Origin: Lama guanicoe
Lineage: Eukaryota
Assembly (NCBI GenBank): GCA_013239625.1
Contig: MU056050.1
Location: 3,458,084 to 3,522,083, forward strand
Reading direction: 5' to 3'
Length of the DNA: 64,000 nt
Positions 1 to 12,190 of this stretch are shown in pieces. Numbering within the stretch: the first letter of the stretch is position 1; each line of letters starts with the position of its first letter. The notes beneath the pieces are model-generated. The model was not told the DNA's origin. It saw nothing but the letters and a program-made list of their open reading frames with translations, and did not search any database. The position numbers were made by a program, and so were the translations under genes.

Positions 1-879
1 AAGGAACATTTTGCCAGAGCCTCTAGGGTAAAGAATTTGAAATGCTATTTGTTGACAAGGAGGGGAAAATATATAGTTTATCTAATGAAAGGTTTTCCTA
101 TTGTTCCCCTCTATTTGGAAAAGCATTCATCTATGCTCATCACTTCTTGGGTTCTAGCTGATCTATTGTATCACTTATCTGGGCTTTCAGTAACTCAAGT
201 TCAGTGATCAAAAGGAATCATTATTCAAAGACTATTGGTGAGGCAGGCAAGCTTCTGTCATGTCTGATCTATGTGGCAGATGACAGCTTTCTTAATGCAG
301 CTAAAGTCTGAAATGGCTTCTCTAGGTGGTTGTTTATTGTTTTTGTTTTGTTTTGTTGTTTGTTTCAGAAGGAGGTTATTTTTGTTTTCAAACTTTTACC
401 TAAATAAACTGATTTCAGGCTCCCATTCAACTGTTACTTTTCCTCTTTATCCTTCCTCTTCTTTTTTGAGAGAATAAAAGTTGGCTTTGAAATATCTTGT
501 GATTTTCTATAAATTCCAGTGAAAAGTTGATTCAGAACTGACCTGCAATACTTTGGAAGATGTATGTTCAAAGGAAGAGTAACAACTACCATTTTAGTAC
601 CATACACAACAATGCACATAACTTCAAGTAAAGCACTCTCCGGATTTGCACTATTGAGCAAAGAAAAACAAGCTAGTAATAAGCTACTGGCTTGGAAATA
701 ATCACAACTGCTATATGATTCAGTGAGAATTAGAAACTGTCCTGGGAGAAGCAAGCAAGAGTGAAAAGAAGTGGTGACAGTGGTGTAACAATGTTTTGGA
801 TTTTCACCTAGGATGAATGGTGCTATTAGTTGCAATGGTACCTCTCTCCCCATCCCAACCCCAATCACTCCTGCTAAGT

Positions 880-1125
880 GTTCTGGTCCATGACAGATAT
901 GGAAAAGATCCAGAAAAACTTAATTAATGGAGTGGGGAACAAACAAAAGGTACTAAGCTTCTTCAACCTGGAAAGACAAAGGCTGAGAAGAAAAGCATAT
1001 GATGGAAGTCTAACAAAAGAAGTTCTGGATTGGATGAATCACATTTCGGAAAGGTAAAATTAGGTAACATCCCATGAAATTGCTGAATGAAGCTTATGAA
1101 CAATGAAATGAAATACTACTTTATA
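880..1125 (+). mobile_element. Ancient CR1/L3-type LINE fragment
   Basis: ttcaacctggaaagacaaaggctgagaag...atgatggaagtcta...catcccatgaaattg...aaatactacttta resembles the CR1 ORF2 3' end. Confidence 0.6.
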
Positions 1126-1149
1126 TATCATTTATACATTAATTTTTTC

Positions 1150-1640
1150 AAATATGTTAAATCTAGAGGAAAGAAATATGAACAAGACATGGTATTTAAC
1201 CTCAAGAGTTCACATTATAGCTGAGCAAATACCTAAAACCTAAATGTGATAAAATGTTCTAAGTGATTTAAAAGAGGTTTGGCTATAAGAATAAGAACAT
1301 ATTAGAGATTAGTTTTATGATGGAAGGAGATGGGAATGAAGAGAAGCGTACAAGATTTGACAAGAGAGGACATCTAACCTGGACCTTGAACAATTACTTG
1401 AAAGTTCACTGGTCTCAGAAGGAAAAGAAGGCTATTCTAGAAGAGCAGGCATGCATGAAGACAAAATAAATAACTTCTCAATAAAACAGAGAAAGGTAAA
1501 GGGAGGTCGGAATAAAACCAGCATGGGAGAAATTAGGGGAATTAAGGCCAAAGGTAGGCAAATCCTTAAATGCCATGCAAGGAACTTGGTACAACATCTG
1601 GTGAGCAGCAGAGAGCCAACAGCAGTTTTTAAGCAGTGGA
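1150..1640 (-). mobile_element. L2 fragment
   Basis: atgaacaagacatggtatttaacctcaagagttcacattatag and ggcaaatccttaaatgccatgcaaggaacttgg...gagccaacagcagtttttaagcag, antisense L2 motifs. Confidence 0.65.
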
Positions 1641-3024
1641 GTGTTCTTGGTGTTAGCTCCACCTTCTGGAGAACAAGTCTACTTGTTAAGATTCTGGGGG
1701 GCAAAAATTTGATCCAAAAACAGGACATGCTTAACTGTTTTTCAAATATCTGAGAGGCTGTGGTATGAAAGGGAATTAGATGTGTTCTGTATTTGAGATC
1801 AGTATGATGAAGTGCTAACAAGGGCTGTCATGGGTGGAATGGTCTGCGTCAGAAGTTCTCCATATGATTGATCTCAGTCATTCCATGGAATGCTGTAGAA
1901 GGGATTCAAATATTATATGGTTACATATAAAGGGATGTACTGGACTAGACAACTTTTCAGATCCTTTCCAAGTGAGATTCTACTCACTCTTCCACAGGAG
2001 AGCTCTTCAAATAGAAGATAGATGTATCTCCTGCTCTTTTTTCTTCACCTCAAGTATTTTACCTTCTTTTATCCATTTGCATAATACATCTCAAGCTTAC
2101 ACAATCTCATATGTCAATTATACCTCAACAAAGCTGAGTAAAAAAACAGTTAACTCAGGGTGCTTTACCTTTACCTTTCTGGTTGATCTCTTCTGGATAC
2201 CATCATCTAGTCAGCCCATGTTCCTAACCAAATCAGCACTGAAAGCTGACCATTCTACTTCCCTCAAAGCCAACCAGATTCCCATGTTCCTAATTAGGAT
2301 TTTATGTACAGTAAAACCTTAATTAACTGAAGCCCAATTAATGAAACATTTTATTTCATGCTCTACACTCAATTTTTATGAGAAAAAGAAAGATGGTAAC
2401 TAAGCAAACAGATATCTTCAATTTACTTTAAGAAAAACAAACTCATCTCCCAAGAAATGGTCTGGTCCAATATACATTATCACAATCTCTTACTTTTCCT
2501 GTACAATAAGGACTGATTTCAGAATCATGAGCTTGAAAAAATATTCCAAATACTAAAGTAAAACTCAATTATGTTCACTAAACTGTACTTATTAAGGTGG
2601 TAAATGGACTACAGTTTTATAAAATGTTTTAACCACAAAGACCAAAATAAAAGATAGCTGTACTACTTTTTTAAAAGCCTCAATTAAGATCCCGTTCCCT
2701 AAGTATCTAATTAATAAGACTTCTCTACTACAGAACCATGTCCTTCACTATTACATGTGAAGGGAAAGGGAATATTTCTTTTTCACTTCTACACCTACCA
2801 CTGATGTAACATGTAGGTGTTCAAAAAATATTTGTTTAGTGAATTCATAATACATTAAGTATTAGTATTGTTATTATTAGCCTGCCTCAGCAGCCACGTT
2901 GTCTCTTTTCATCTTCAGAAAGTTGCCAGCTCTGAGGTCATATATTGCTTTCAGGTCATACAAATAAGTACATAATTACAAATACGATAAACATGTTATT
3001 ATATGCATTCATCATATTAGATTA

Positions 3025-3190
3025 TAAGATATTAAAACCAAAAAGGATCTTGAAGGTCATCTAATTTGACCATAAAATTTTACAGAGGTGAAAACTAAGG
3101 TGCAGAGAACTTAAATGACTTGTTAAAGGTCGTACAGCTTGTTAGCGACAGAGGTAGGACTAAAACACTAGTTTTTCTTTCCCTTGGTCC
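3025..3190 (-). mobile_element. MIR3/MIR
   Basis: ggatcttgaaggtcatctaa...attttacagaggtgaaaactaaggtgcagaga...aatgacttgttaaaggtcgtacagc. Confidence 0.75.
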
Positions 3191-4337
3191 TATGAGTTTT
3201 CTTCTACAACAAACTGGCTCTGCATTTTTTTTCAAGTCAACCATGAAACAGGTATACATTTTTTTGTGTGTTGAAACAAGAAGTTGCTCAGAAATGTCAT
3301 TCCATTTCGACACTAGAGTGCTCAGGCACAAAGAAAGCTGGGTTTTCTCTCCTTTATGAGAATAGCATCTTGTGTATTTATTTTATATCCTTGCTGCTCT
3401 AAAATCAATCTGATGTTGTTTTAAGAGACAATAAAAGCCGGAATAACATGGCATAGATTTATCTATCAGTGGCAGCAATGCAGGAATTGCCATCTACCAT
3501 TATATGTCAGTAATTTCTAAGAGTACCTGTTGGACACCAAGACATAAAGAGTTGCTCTGTGTTATCAATTTAGTAGCTTCTTTGTTTTTAAGAAATTGTT
3601 ATTCTTGGTAAATGAGTTGCCCACACAGGGAATGTCATGAAGAAAGGTCTGGGGCTGCAGTATTCAAAGTCTGAGGGGCTATAATGAACGAAAAATGTTT
3701 GAAGTCTAAGGAAGAAATTGCAAGGCAACACTGGTAAGTCTTCCAGTTCTAGTGGAATCTCCAAGCCACGTTGGTTTTATACCTCATTTTGTTTTGACCA
3801 TTATGAATGTTATGCTCATAATGTTAGGTAAAGTCTTTTTATGATAAAGGGGGAGGTTTTAGGATCCTTGCCTTATGATCACATTGAGAGATTATCTCTG
3901 GAAAGAAGCTTCAAAGACTATATATATAGTCCGGAATAACATTCTAAAATCTAACCTGGACAATAAAAAAAAAATACTCAGAGCAAACAATCCTCAATTC
4001 ATGAGTTGCTAATCTATGTGTATCAAATATTTCAGATCACACCCTGTGCATCACATTGAGGTATAAAGCAGAAGGCAGGAAAATTGAGTATGCTGTATAT
4101 TGTCAATTCTCTAAGCACTCAATAATCTTTGTGGATAGAGGGAAATGTTAACAGAAAGAAAACTGGTAACTTATGAAAATATTAAGAAAAGCAATAATGA
4201 TGAAAATAATCCCATTTTTTCAGTTTGTGAACTGTACTATCTATCCTCTTTGGGAAAATGGGATACATTGATGAAGAAGAGATTAAAAGCATTCTAAAAC
4301 TTAATGGATAATCAACTTAAAAATATCACATACTTAC

Positions 4338-4367
4338 TTTGCTGTTATAGCCAATCATAAAGTGTAC
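4338..4367 (-). CDS. STK3: 30-nt in-frame microexon (VHFMIGYNSK) of a large minus-strand host gene, tentatively STK3/MST2
   Basis: Minus strand reads ttgcatttttattttttcag|GTACACTTTATGATTGGCTATAACAGCAAA|gtaagtat: strong acceptor, consensus donor, length divisible by 3, and only phase 0 is stop-free. The gene name comes from my recollection of STK3 isoforms reading ...DGDFDF-VHFMIGYNSK-LKNLSLEE... and of a very long phase-0 last intron. The flanking exons are not in the window. The exon call is firmer (about 0.8) than the gene name (about 0.55). Confidence 0.6.
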
Positions 4368-5814
4368 CTGAAAAAATAAAAATGCAATTTCAATTTCCTT
4401 GATCTTTTATGTTTATATTATCAAAAATGATAGTATAGTTTTTAAATTTATACATCAGAAAGGCCATTTGAGGAAAAATGGGCTTTCACAATTCTAATCC
4501 TTTATAGGCACTTTTTCTTGACTTTTATAATGGTGATTAAAATTCAAGAGGGGAGTTGCCCGCAATATTTTTCATTTCTGTATCTGTTGATTGTCAACAC
4601 TGGTTTTTCTGAGTCATTGTAGGTATGTGGGTAAGAAAATGAGTACTCATCAGTTTCAAAATAAATCACAGTATGGATAGTAGGCAGGAAGGACTAATGG
4701 CTGCTAAGGTTTCTGTTCAGTTTATCACTTCAAGGTCTACTTAACGCATTTTTACTTCATTAATCAATGGTCAAATACTTAATAAGTTCCTTCCAAGTCA
4801 AAGAACATCACTCACCAGACCCCATCATTACAGAGCTGAGTTCCAGCAGATTATTGCCACAACAGATTACTGAAATGCTTGACAAACTAGCTTATAATGT
4901 TTCATTCTTACTCTGTCACGTAAAATTTAGCAGAATTAGGATTGACATCAAAGGCATTTCTGAAAAGGTCACGATCTTATCACATCGCTTAGATTAAGCA
5001 CTATAAAGATTTGCTCCAAGTTGGGTGGAAAATCTTTAAAATTCTAGACAACTTCAAGAAGACATGTGGAGATTTCTCCCCCAGCGACCTCACTGAATTT
5101 GTTGGAAAGCTGGAGGCCATAATGTTGACAGAGAGGCTTACATAAATAATTCATAGGCCTGGGAGGTAGCATAGTCAGTGCTTCCGTGATTCCAGAGCAG
5201 CCAGAAAAAAGACAGGCAGCTGGATCACCACTTTTGTTTTCACTTACATGTCTCTACAACACTATTCTTACCTTACTTGCTCCCAAGCTAGTCTCTCTAG
5301 GCCTGGCTCCTCAGGCTGGCCCTTCTAGCCTACTTGCTCAGACACAAAACTGATCTAATTACATGATAAGTTACTGCCTAGGTACCTGTCACACCACACC
5401 CCACTCACCCCACCCAACCCATATCACATCGGATCACCTAAGCTCTTTTTCACTCTTCTTCTAAATGGTTTGGATCAGCACCAGCCAGATGACAAACTAT
5501 CTCTATCACCTGGGGCCTCTATCACTCGAAGTCTTCATCTCCAGCTACTCATCAATGACATGTATCAGCCGCGCACTGTCCTACTTTTTTCAGTCTGATT
5601 GTGACAGTTCCTTATCTACCAACAGCCCCTGGTGCAGATCCCATACTTTATTCTTCCTTCTTTATCCTTCCTCTTCCCTCCCCCATGATCTAGCCAAAAT
5701 CTACCTATCACTCATCATCAAAGGTCCCTTCCTTCAGAAGGCTTTCCCTGATTGCTTCAACAATGATAAAAACTACTATTTATTAAGTATATATTACTTG
5801 ACACTTTGAATCCA

Positions 5815-6380
5815 TTATAAAAGTACTGATATAATTTACACACCATAAAATGCATCCATTTAGAATGTACAATTCAGTGACTTTTTAGTTAACTTACTGA
5901 ATTGTGCAACCATCACCACAAAAACCAATTTTACAATACTTCTATCACCCACTAAAATATCCTTTGTGCCCATTCAGTCACTCCCTGTTCCCACCCCCAG
6001 CCCCCAGCAACCACCAATCTATTATCTGTCTCTATAGACCTGCCTTTTCAGAACCTTATCTATGAGGGTAATCATATGATATGTGGTCTTTTGCATCTAG
6101 CTTCTTTCACTTAGCATAACATTTTTGAGATTTATCCATGTTGTAGCATATATCAGGATTTCATTCCTTTTCCTGGCTGAAAAAGATTCCATTATATGGA
6201 TATTCAACATTTGACTCATCCATTTGCCAGTTGACATACATTTGGATTGTGCCTGCTTTTTGGCTATTAGTAATAAAACTGTTACAAACTTTTAAATATG
6301 TTTTGGGGGGCATATGTTTTTATTATTCTTGTGTATATACTTAGGATTATAATTGTTGGGTCATATGGTAAATTTTTTCT
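5815..6380 (-). mobile_element. L1MB-type 3' end, inserted into a MIR
   Basis: gatataatttacacaccataaaatgcatccatttagaatgtacaattcagtg...ccaccaatctattatctgtctctatag...cttctttcacttagcataa, an antisense L1MB 3' UTR. Confidence 0.85.
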
Positions 6381-6394
6381 ATTTGGTAAATGTA

Positions 6395-6565
6395 TGTGTA
6401 GCTTTTATCCAAAAAGTTACATATACATATATATATTTCACCTTATAATTCACCCATTTAAAGTACACAATTCAGTGGATTTTAATATACTCACAGAGTC
6501 ATGCAACCATCACCACAATCAATTTCTGGATATTTTCACTACTCCCAAAAGAAGCCCCATACCAC
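6395..6565 (-). mobile_element. Second short L1MB-type 3' end
   Basis: aattcacccatttaaagtacacaattcagtgg...tgcaaccatcaccacaatcaattt, paralogous to about 5840-5960. Confidence 0.8.
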
Positions 6566-6569
6566 TGCA

Positions 6570-6720
6570 TCCATCTTCACAGGATACCTACAAGTTAGGT
6601 ATCACATCCCTAATTTTACAGATAAAGAAGCAAAGGCTTGGCAAAGCTACACACCTCAGAAGTATCAGAGCCTGCATTTGAACACAACTTGTAGGACTCC
6701 ACAGCTCACAGTATTTCCAC
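6570..6720 (-). mobile_element. MIR, continuation of a MIR starting near 5760 that was split by the L1MB insertions
   Basis: MIR core ccctaattttacagataaagaagcaaaggct. Confidence 0.7.
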
Positions 6721-6898
6721 ATCATCATATGGTCAATAATCTTACTCTTTGAGATCACTCTAGGATACTCATTTGATTTCCTGTTTACATCTCTCCTTTA
6801 GTACTTAATCAACTTCCTTATCCATGTCTTACACTTCAAAAATAATGCGTTGTATCTACAACCAAACCATAAGTTTATGCAAAGTAAGAAAGTATGTA

Positions 6899-7616
6899 CG
6901 GTAGCCACCCTCCCTTCCCTTCAGGGGATATGTTCCAGAAGCCCCGGTGGGTGCCTGAAAACTGCAGATAATACTGAATTCTATATATACTACATATTTC
7001 CTACACATACATACCTATGATAAAGTTTAATCTATAAATTAGGCATAAGAGATGAACAACAACAATCATAATATAGAACAATTATAACAATATACTGCAA
7101 CAAAAGCTATTTGTGAATGTGGCCTCTCTCTCAAAATATCTTATTGTACAGATTTAATGCCTTTTCCATCCTAACTAAGCACTCATCAAACACTGTGCCA
7201 TAACTTGTGCAGACTGAGGTGCAACAGCAAAACTAGCAGGAATTTCTTCTACCTTCATCTTTTCACTTCATGGAAACACTTTACACCTTCTCTTTGGCAC
7301 TTCAGAACGGTCACCATCACTCCTCTTGAGCTTGGAGGCCATTATTAAGTAAAGTAAAGGTGACTTGAACACAAGCACTGAGATATCACTGATCTGAGTC
7401 GGCTGCGCAGCTACTGACGGGCAGATACGCCTGCGACGGAGGTGTGATTCTCGCGATGCAGCACGCAGGACCTCGCGAGATCTCAGCACGCTGCTCGGAG
7501 TGGCACGGAATTTAAAACGTGCATTGTTTATTTCTGGAATTTTTCACTTAATATTTTAGGACCACGATTGACTGCAGATAACTGAAACCGTGGGTAAACA
7601 GGGTGACCACTTACTA
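6899..7616. mobile_element. MER44-type (Tigger7-related, TcMar) non-autonomous DNA transposon, near full length
   Basis: Starts after TA with cggtagccaccc...ggggatatgttccagaagccccggtgggtgcctgaaa, contains acatacctatgataaagtttaat, and ends with gactgcagataactgaaaccgtgggtaaacagggtgaccact followed by TA. Degenerate terminal inverted repeats. Confidence 0.85.
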
Positions 7617-10434
7617 TATTTCCTTTGACTTCTTCTCAGTTCCAAAAAGTACTGTAAAAAGCACTCTATTTTTTTTTTTTTACTTAATTAAAGTTATTCC
7701 TGAATAGTAACCTAAATCGTTACTTGTATTAAGGTCAATTTTCAGTCTTTTCCTTTAGTGTCAATATAACATCAGCAGCTGAAGCTCCATCATATTTTAG
7801 TCACCTTGCCCCATGACAACCTACCTTTATTCAGAATTGCTCCAGCAACATGTAATCTTTTAGATCCTTATGTTTTACCTGAACTTGGACTTGTCCTCTA
7901 GGTGTTAAAATAAATTATGTTAGACCTTCTCTTCCCAAATTGATAGAAACTTCTCATGGGCAAATACCAATGTCTTATTGTTTCAGATCCCCTGTGTTAA
8001 CCAGCATAGTGATGAATAAACAGCATGTTTCTAATAAATGCTTCTTCCAGTGTTTGAATACCATCATGTCTCATGATGATGGGTTTTTTCCTCTGGAGGT
8101 GTGGAGCCTGGCATTTTTCTACACGCTGAGGCTGCTACTATTTCGCTGTGTGCCTTTGGGAAAATTGCTACCTGGCCCTGGGCCCCTGTTTTGCCATCTG
8201 TAGCACGGGCATTGTTTGAATGAGGGAAATCATTCCCATTCCTGAATTGTCCTTTCAACATACTTACTAGAAGTTTCCGTTCATACATTCAGTATTTTCA
8301 GTATTCAGTCATTTTGCCTTGATATTAATGATGTGCTTACTAAAATCTTGTACCACCTTCCTACACTCATTTTTTATTAACTTGGGCAAGTTTTCACTTC
8401 TTTGTGGTAAATAAGCGTGTAATATCTTTTACTCAATTTGAGATAGTTTTATATCTTTGTCATACTTTAAAATTGCAAAAATATTTTCTCACGTCTAGAA
8501 CTCTTTCCTTCAAAGGAAAATCTGCTTTCCTGGATTCCATTCTTAGGACACATCCTATGACGACTCTTCTACTTCATTACATTTGTGCTTGCATTTTCCT
8601 ATTCTGTTAGTTTTTTCCTTCAGAAAAAAGTGAGACAGAAATATGACTCAGGGATATTAAATGCTGTCATATTTCAAAAGAAACGGAGCATTTTTCATTA
8701 ACTGATGAGCATAAAATTTGATAAGGAATAAAATAATTGGAAGAAACTGGAAGTTTTCCATAATTTTCATCCAGAGAAACCATTTAAACAGACTATTTCA
8801 TTTTCAAACAGCATCTTACCTTATATATCGTCATGAAAGTATCTACCTAAACTAGCATGTTCATTTCAAAACGTTATTAGATAACACTTATACAGTTAAT
8901 AATAGATCTTGTTGCCATGGAACCTTAACTGAATTTTCTAGCTCTGAGAGTTGATTTTTCAGCAATTAAGCCCTTAGCTCTAATGTTTCATTAACAGATT
9001 TTTTATATGAATGTAATTATTTGGATGAGGATATTGAAAACATTTCCTAGTTTGCAAATGATACTTAAATTGGAAGAAAAGTAAATGATGAAGGAACTGT
9101 AATCAAAACCTTAAAGACATATTATTCAGGTGACTGAATCAGTATAAGGCAAAGTATATTCTCATATTAAGGCTATCTGGGAATAAAACAGTGTATTCAC
9201 GGATCTTCCCACTCTCTAGTCTATCACCATCTCTACAACTACCCTTGACCAACTTGCCCACTCAACACACACTCCATAAGAATAGTAAGAAATAGAAGTA
9301 ATCAGGAGAGAAGGGGTAAACCCTTGAAATTATTGGCCCCAGGCAGAGTAGAACCAGGAGATTATTAATGGTTTAATAATCTGCCAGCGTCAAGACTGTA
9401 AGTCAACCGAACTAACCCTGTTTATATCCAAGATGTTCATTATAGTATAACTGGACTTGAACCAGCAGTATTGATCATTCTCTTTCTGTTCTGGACCACT
9501 ACTTCAGAGTAGTACATACTACTTAAAATGTGATAGCTAGCCCAAGTGTTAAAACAGATGGAGAAATACAATGTTTTCACATTTGGATGATTCTCACTGA
9601 ATGGAAAATCAGAAATGCATTATCATAACTTATACCTATGAAGAAAAAGAGGACAGATCCTGGGGCATGATAACAGAGGATGTGCAATCTTGGGTTGGCA
9701 ATAACTGTGGGATTTGGAGGAAATGATCAACTCACGTAGTTCTGGAGGCAGGAGCAGCAGCCTGGCAGGGAAATGGCAGAGGATGAAGTCTTTTTACAAA
9801 GAAGCTTTAGATTTAGATTTAGAGTCTTTCTGTACAAACATGGATTCTGAATTCCAAGTTGTCACGTGGTTAGTGAGAAGCAGAACTGTTATGTGAACTC
9901 AATTCAGCTGTTTTAACCAAGAATCACATCTCAAATTTTTTAAAAAGGGATGAGGCAGTGAAGTGTTTGCAATTAGTGAGTAATAATCAGTTTAAATCCT
10001 TTTTGAGTGACCTGCAACTTGTTAGTAAACGTCTATGAGTTTCAGTGTTCTAATTTACATAATTACTGTGAAGGATAAAAGAGACGACACAATGTCTCAC
10101 ACCACAGTAAAATAGGTACTTGATAAATAGGTTTATTATATTATTAGTGAAAAAATATGTGTTTTCCATTTACCCCACCTCATTACTTGCTTATTGATGG
10201 CACTGTTTCCTAATTGCAGTTTCCATTTTTTCATTTATAATTAACTTCATGGTAGTTGCATCTGCAAACCAAATCTATAGTGATGACGGCAAACATACAG
10301 AAATAATAATGTACTGAAGGACATATATAGAAAATAAAAGATATTGCCCCCATAATTAAAATGCATTTGTAGTCTGGCTGGGGAGATAAAACATGCGCAC
10401 TGGCACTGACATGAAATGGTTTACCATTTAACAG

Positions 10435-10710
10435 CATTAATAAAATTATCCAAAATATTTTGAATGCTTAGTAAGTGTTCACAACCACACTGGTCATAGT
10501 TTTGGCTGGTTTTAAGTATTAACTCATTTATTACTCACAACAACTCATAAATTAAGGACTATTATTATTCCCATTTCACAGATGAAGAAACTGACACCAG
10601 GACCTTGAGTTAGTCCTCCAAGGTTACACAGGTAATAAATAAGTGGCAGTGACAGGATTCAAATCTGTCTCTAAAGGCCATGCTTTTAAACACTTCACTA
10701 GACTGTCTCT
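10435..10710 (-). mobile_element. MIR, near full length
   Basis: attattattcccatttcacagatgaagaaactga...aaggttacacag...aagtggcag...ggattcaaatc. Confidence 0.85.
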
Positions 10711-11651
10711 GGTATCAATCAATCAATCAAGTACAGAAAAACTTCCAAAAGGGCTGTGGATTGAAAACTAGATGATTTCAAGTAACAAAGACGACACAGT
10801 ATCCAAAGATAATAAACGCCTCTAAAGCAATGGAATAAAACTCAGTGGTTCATTCATTAAAAGGGTGAATCATGTTGAAAAGGCCAACACACCAGAAACA
10901 CTGTCAAGCAACATATCTGAGGATATTCAGTAGCATCTGGATATACTGTCTATTTCAATCTCCATTTATCAGAGCCCTTTCTTGAAGAAGGACTGTTTTT
11001 GCAATAAAATATGCTGGTCATATTGGAACAACATATTTGAAGGCCACACATTTTTATCTCAATAATCATAATGAAAATCTTTCTGTATGTTATAAGTATT
11101 TCTGATAAACAATATGCAATTTATATTGAATGATTTTTCATCTTGCCCGAACTTCATTTCTAATGGTTGCTTGTGTTCTGTCACAAACATTTCTCAGATA
11201 AACTTCTCTTAGTTGTGGGAACACTTTCTTGACTACATTATTTCTCCATTGTCCCATCCATTCAAACAGGCTACAATAAAATCCCATTATGTGATTTTTT
11301 CATGGGACTGAGAAAAGAAAACATCATAAAGAGGAAAATGATAAAAGTAAGATACATTGCTCCACGGAGACTTTCCTCAGCAGCTCTCTTTGTAGTAGAC
11401 AGCTGTGCACTCACATCTGTTTCAGGACAACATGGAGGCAGTAAGGGAACACGCGCAGCATTCCTGTCTTTGTAACTCCGGTTACACACCCCCAAATGCT
11501 GTCTTTACACTGGGTATAATGTAAGAGAACCACTTGAGGCTGAGATGAGAAGCAAGAGTAATCATGGCCAGTGTGCCTCACTTATTTGAGACTCAGATCC
11601 CTGACTGCCCCAGCTTTGTGCTTTCTAGTGTTCTCCAGAAAGATCTGTAGC

Positions 11652-11822
11652 TCAACGCTACTCAAAATTTCGTTCATGGAAAGCAGTGCCAGCATCAGCA
11701 GCACCTGAAGCTTGTTAGAAATGCAGACTCCCAAGCCCCATTGCAGACCTACTGAATCAGGATCTGCAGTGTAACAAGACCCCAAGGTGACTCCTGAGCA
11801 TATTCAAGTTTAAGAAGCACTG
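11652..11822. mobile_element. MER5A-type hAT-Charlie element
   Basis: gcatcagcagcacctgaagcttgttagaaatgcagactcc...agacctactgaatcagga...aagtttaagaagcactg, followed by ctctagag (a hAT-type target site). Confidence 0.85.
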
Positions 11823-11884
11823 CTCTAGAGATAAGATGCCCAGGTGAAGCAGTAAAAAATAAAATTAAATTTAAAAAAGGAGCC

Positions 11885-12190
11885 TTTAAACCATGAAAGA
11901 CATGGAAGAAATTTAAAAGACATATTACTAAATGAAAGAAGCCAGTCTGAAAAGGCTACAAACTGTATGATTCCAACCAAATGTCATTCTGGAAAACCAT
12001 GGACTTTGGTTGATAGTAATGTGTCCATGTTGGTTCATCAATTGTACCAAATATGCCACACTGATGAGTGATGTTGAGGGAGGGGAGTATATATGTGTGG
12101 GTGGGGAGGGCTATGTGGGAACTCTCTGTATTTTCTGCTCAGTTCTGCTGTGAACCTGAAACTGCTCTAAAAAAAATAAAGTCTTAAAAA
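11885..12190 (+). mobile_element. L1MC-type 3' end
   Basis: ccatgaaagacatggaagaaattt...gaaagaagccagtctgaaaaggctaca...ctgtgaacctgaaactgctctaaaaaaaataaagtc. Confidence 0.85.

Noticed and set aside
434..868. 144-aa minus-strand ORF (MIGVGMGREV...)
   Set aside because: Non-ATG start and no recognisable protein similarity. Its frame is not the phase-0 frame implied by the microexon. Only the splice-site pair inside it was kept, as a finding.
11271..11510. Slightly GC-rich, coding-looking segment (plus-strand tttcag|GACAACATGG...; 74-aa minus ORF)
   Set aside because: No recognisable product, weak donor, and the splice-like signals are on the strand opposite the inferred host gene.
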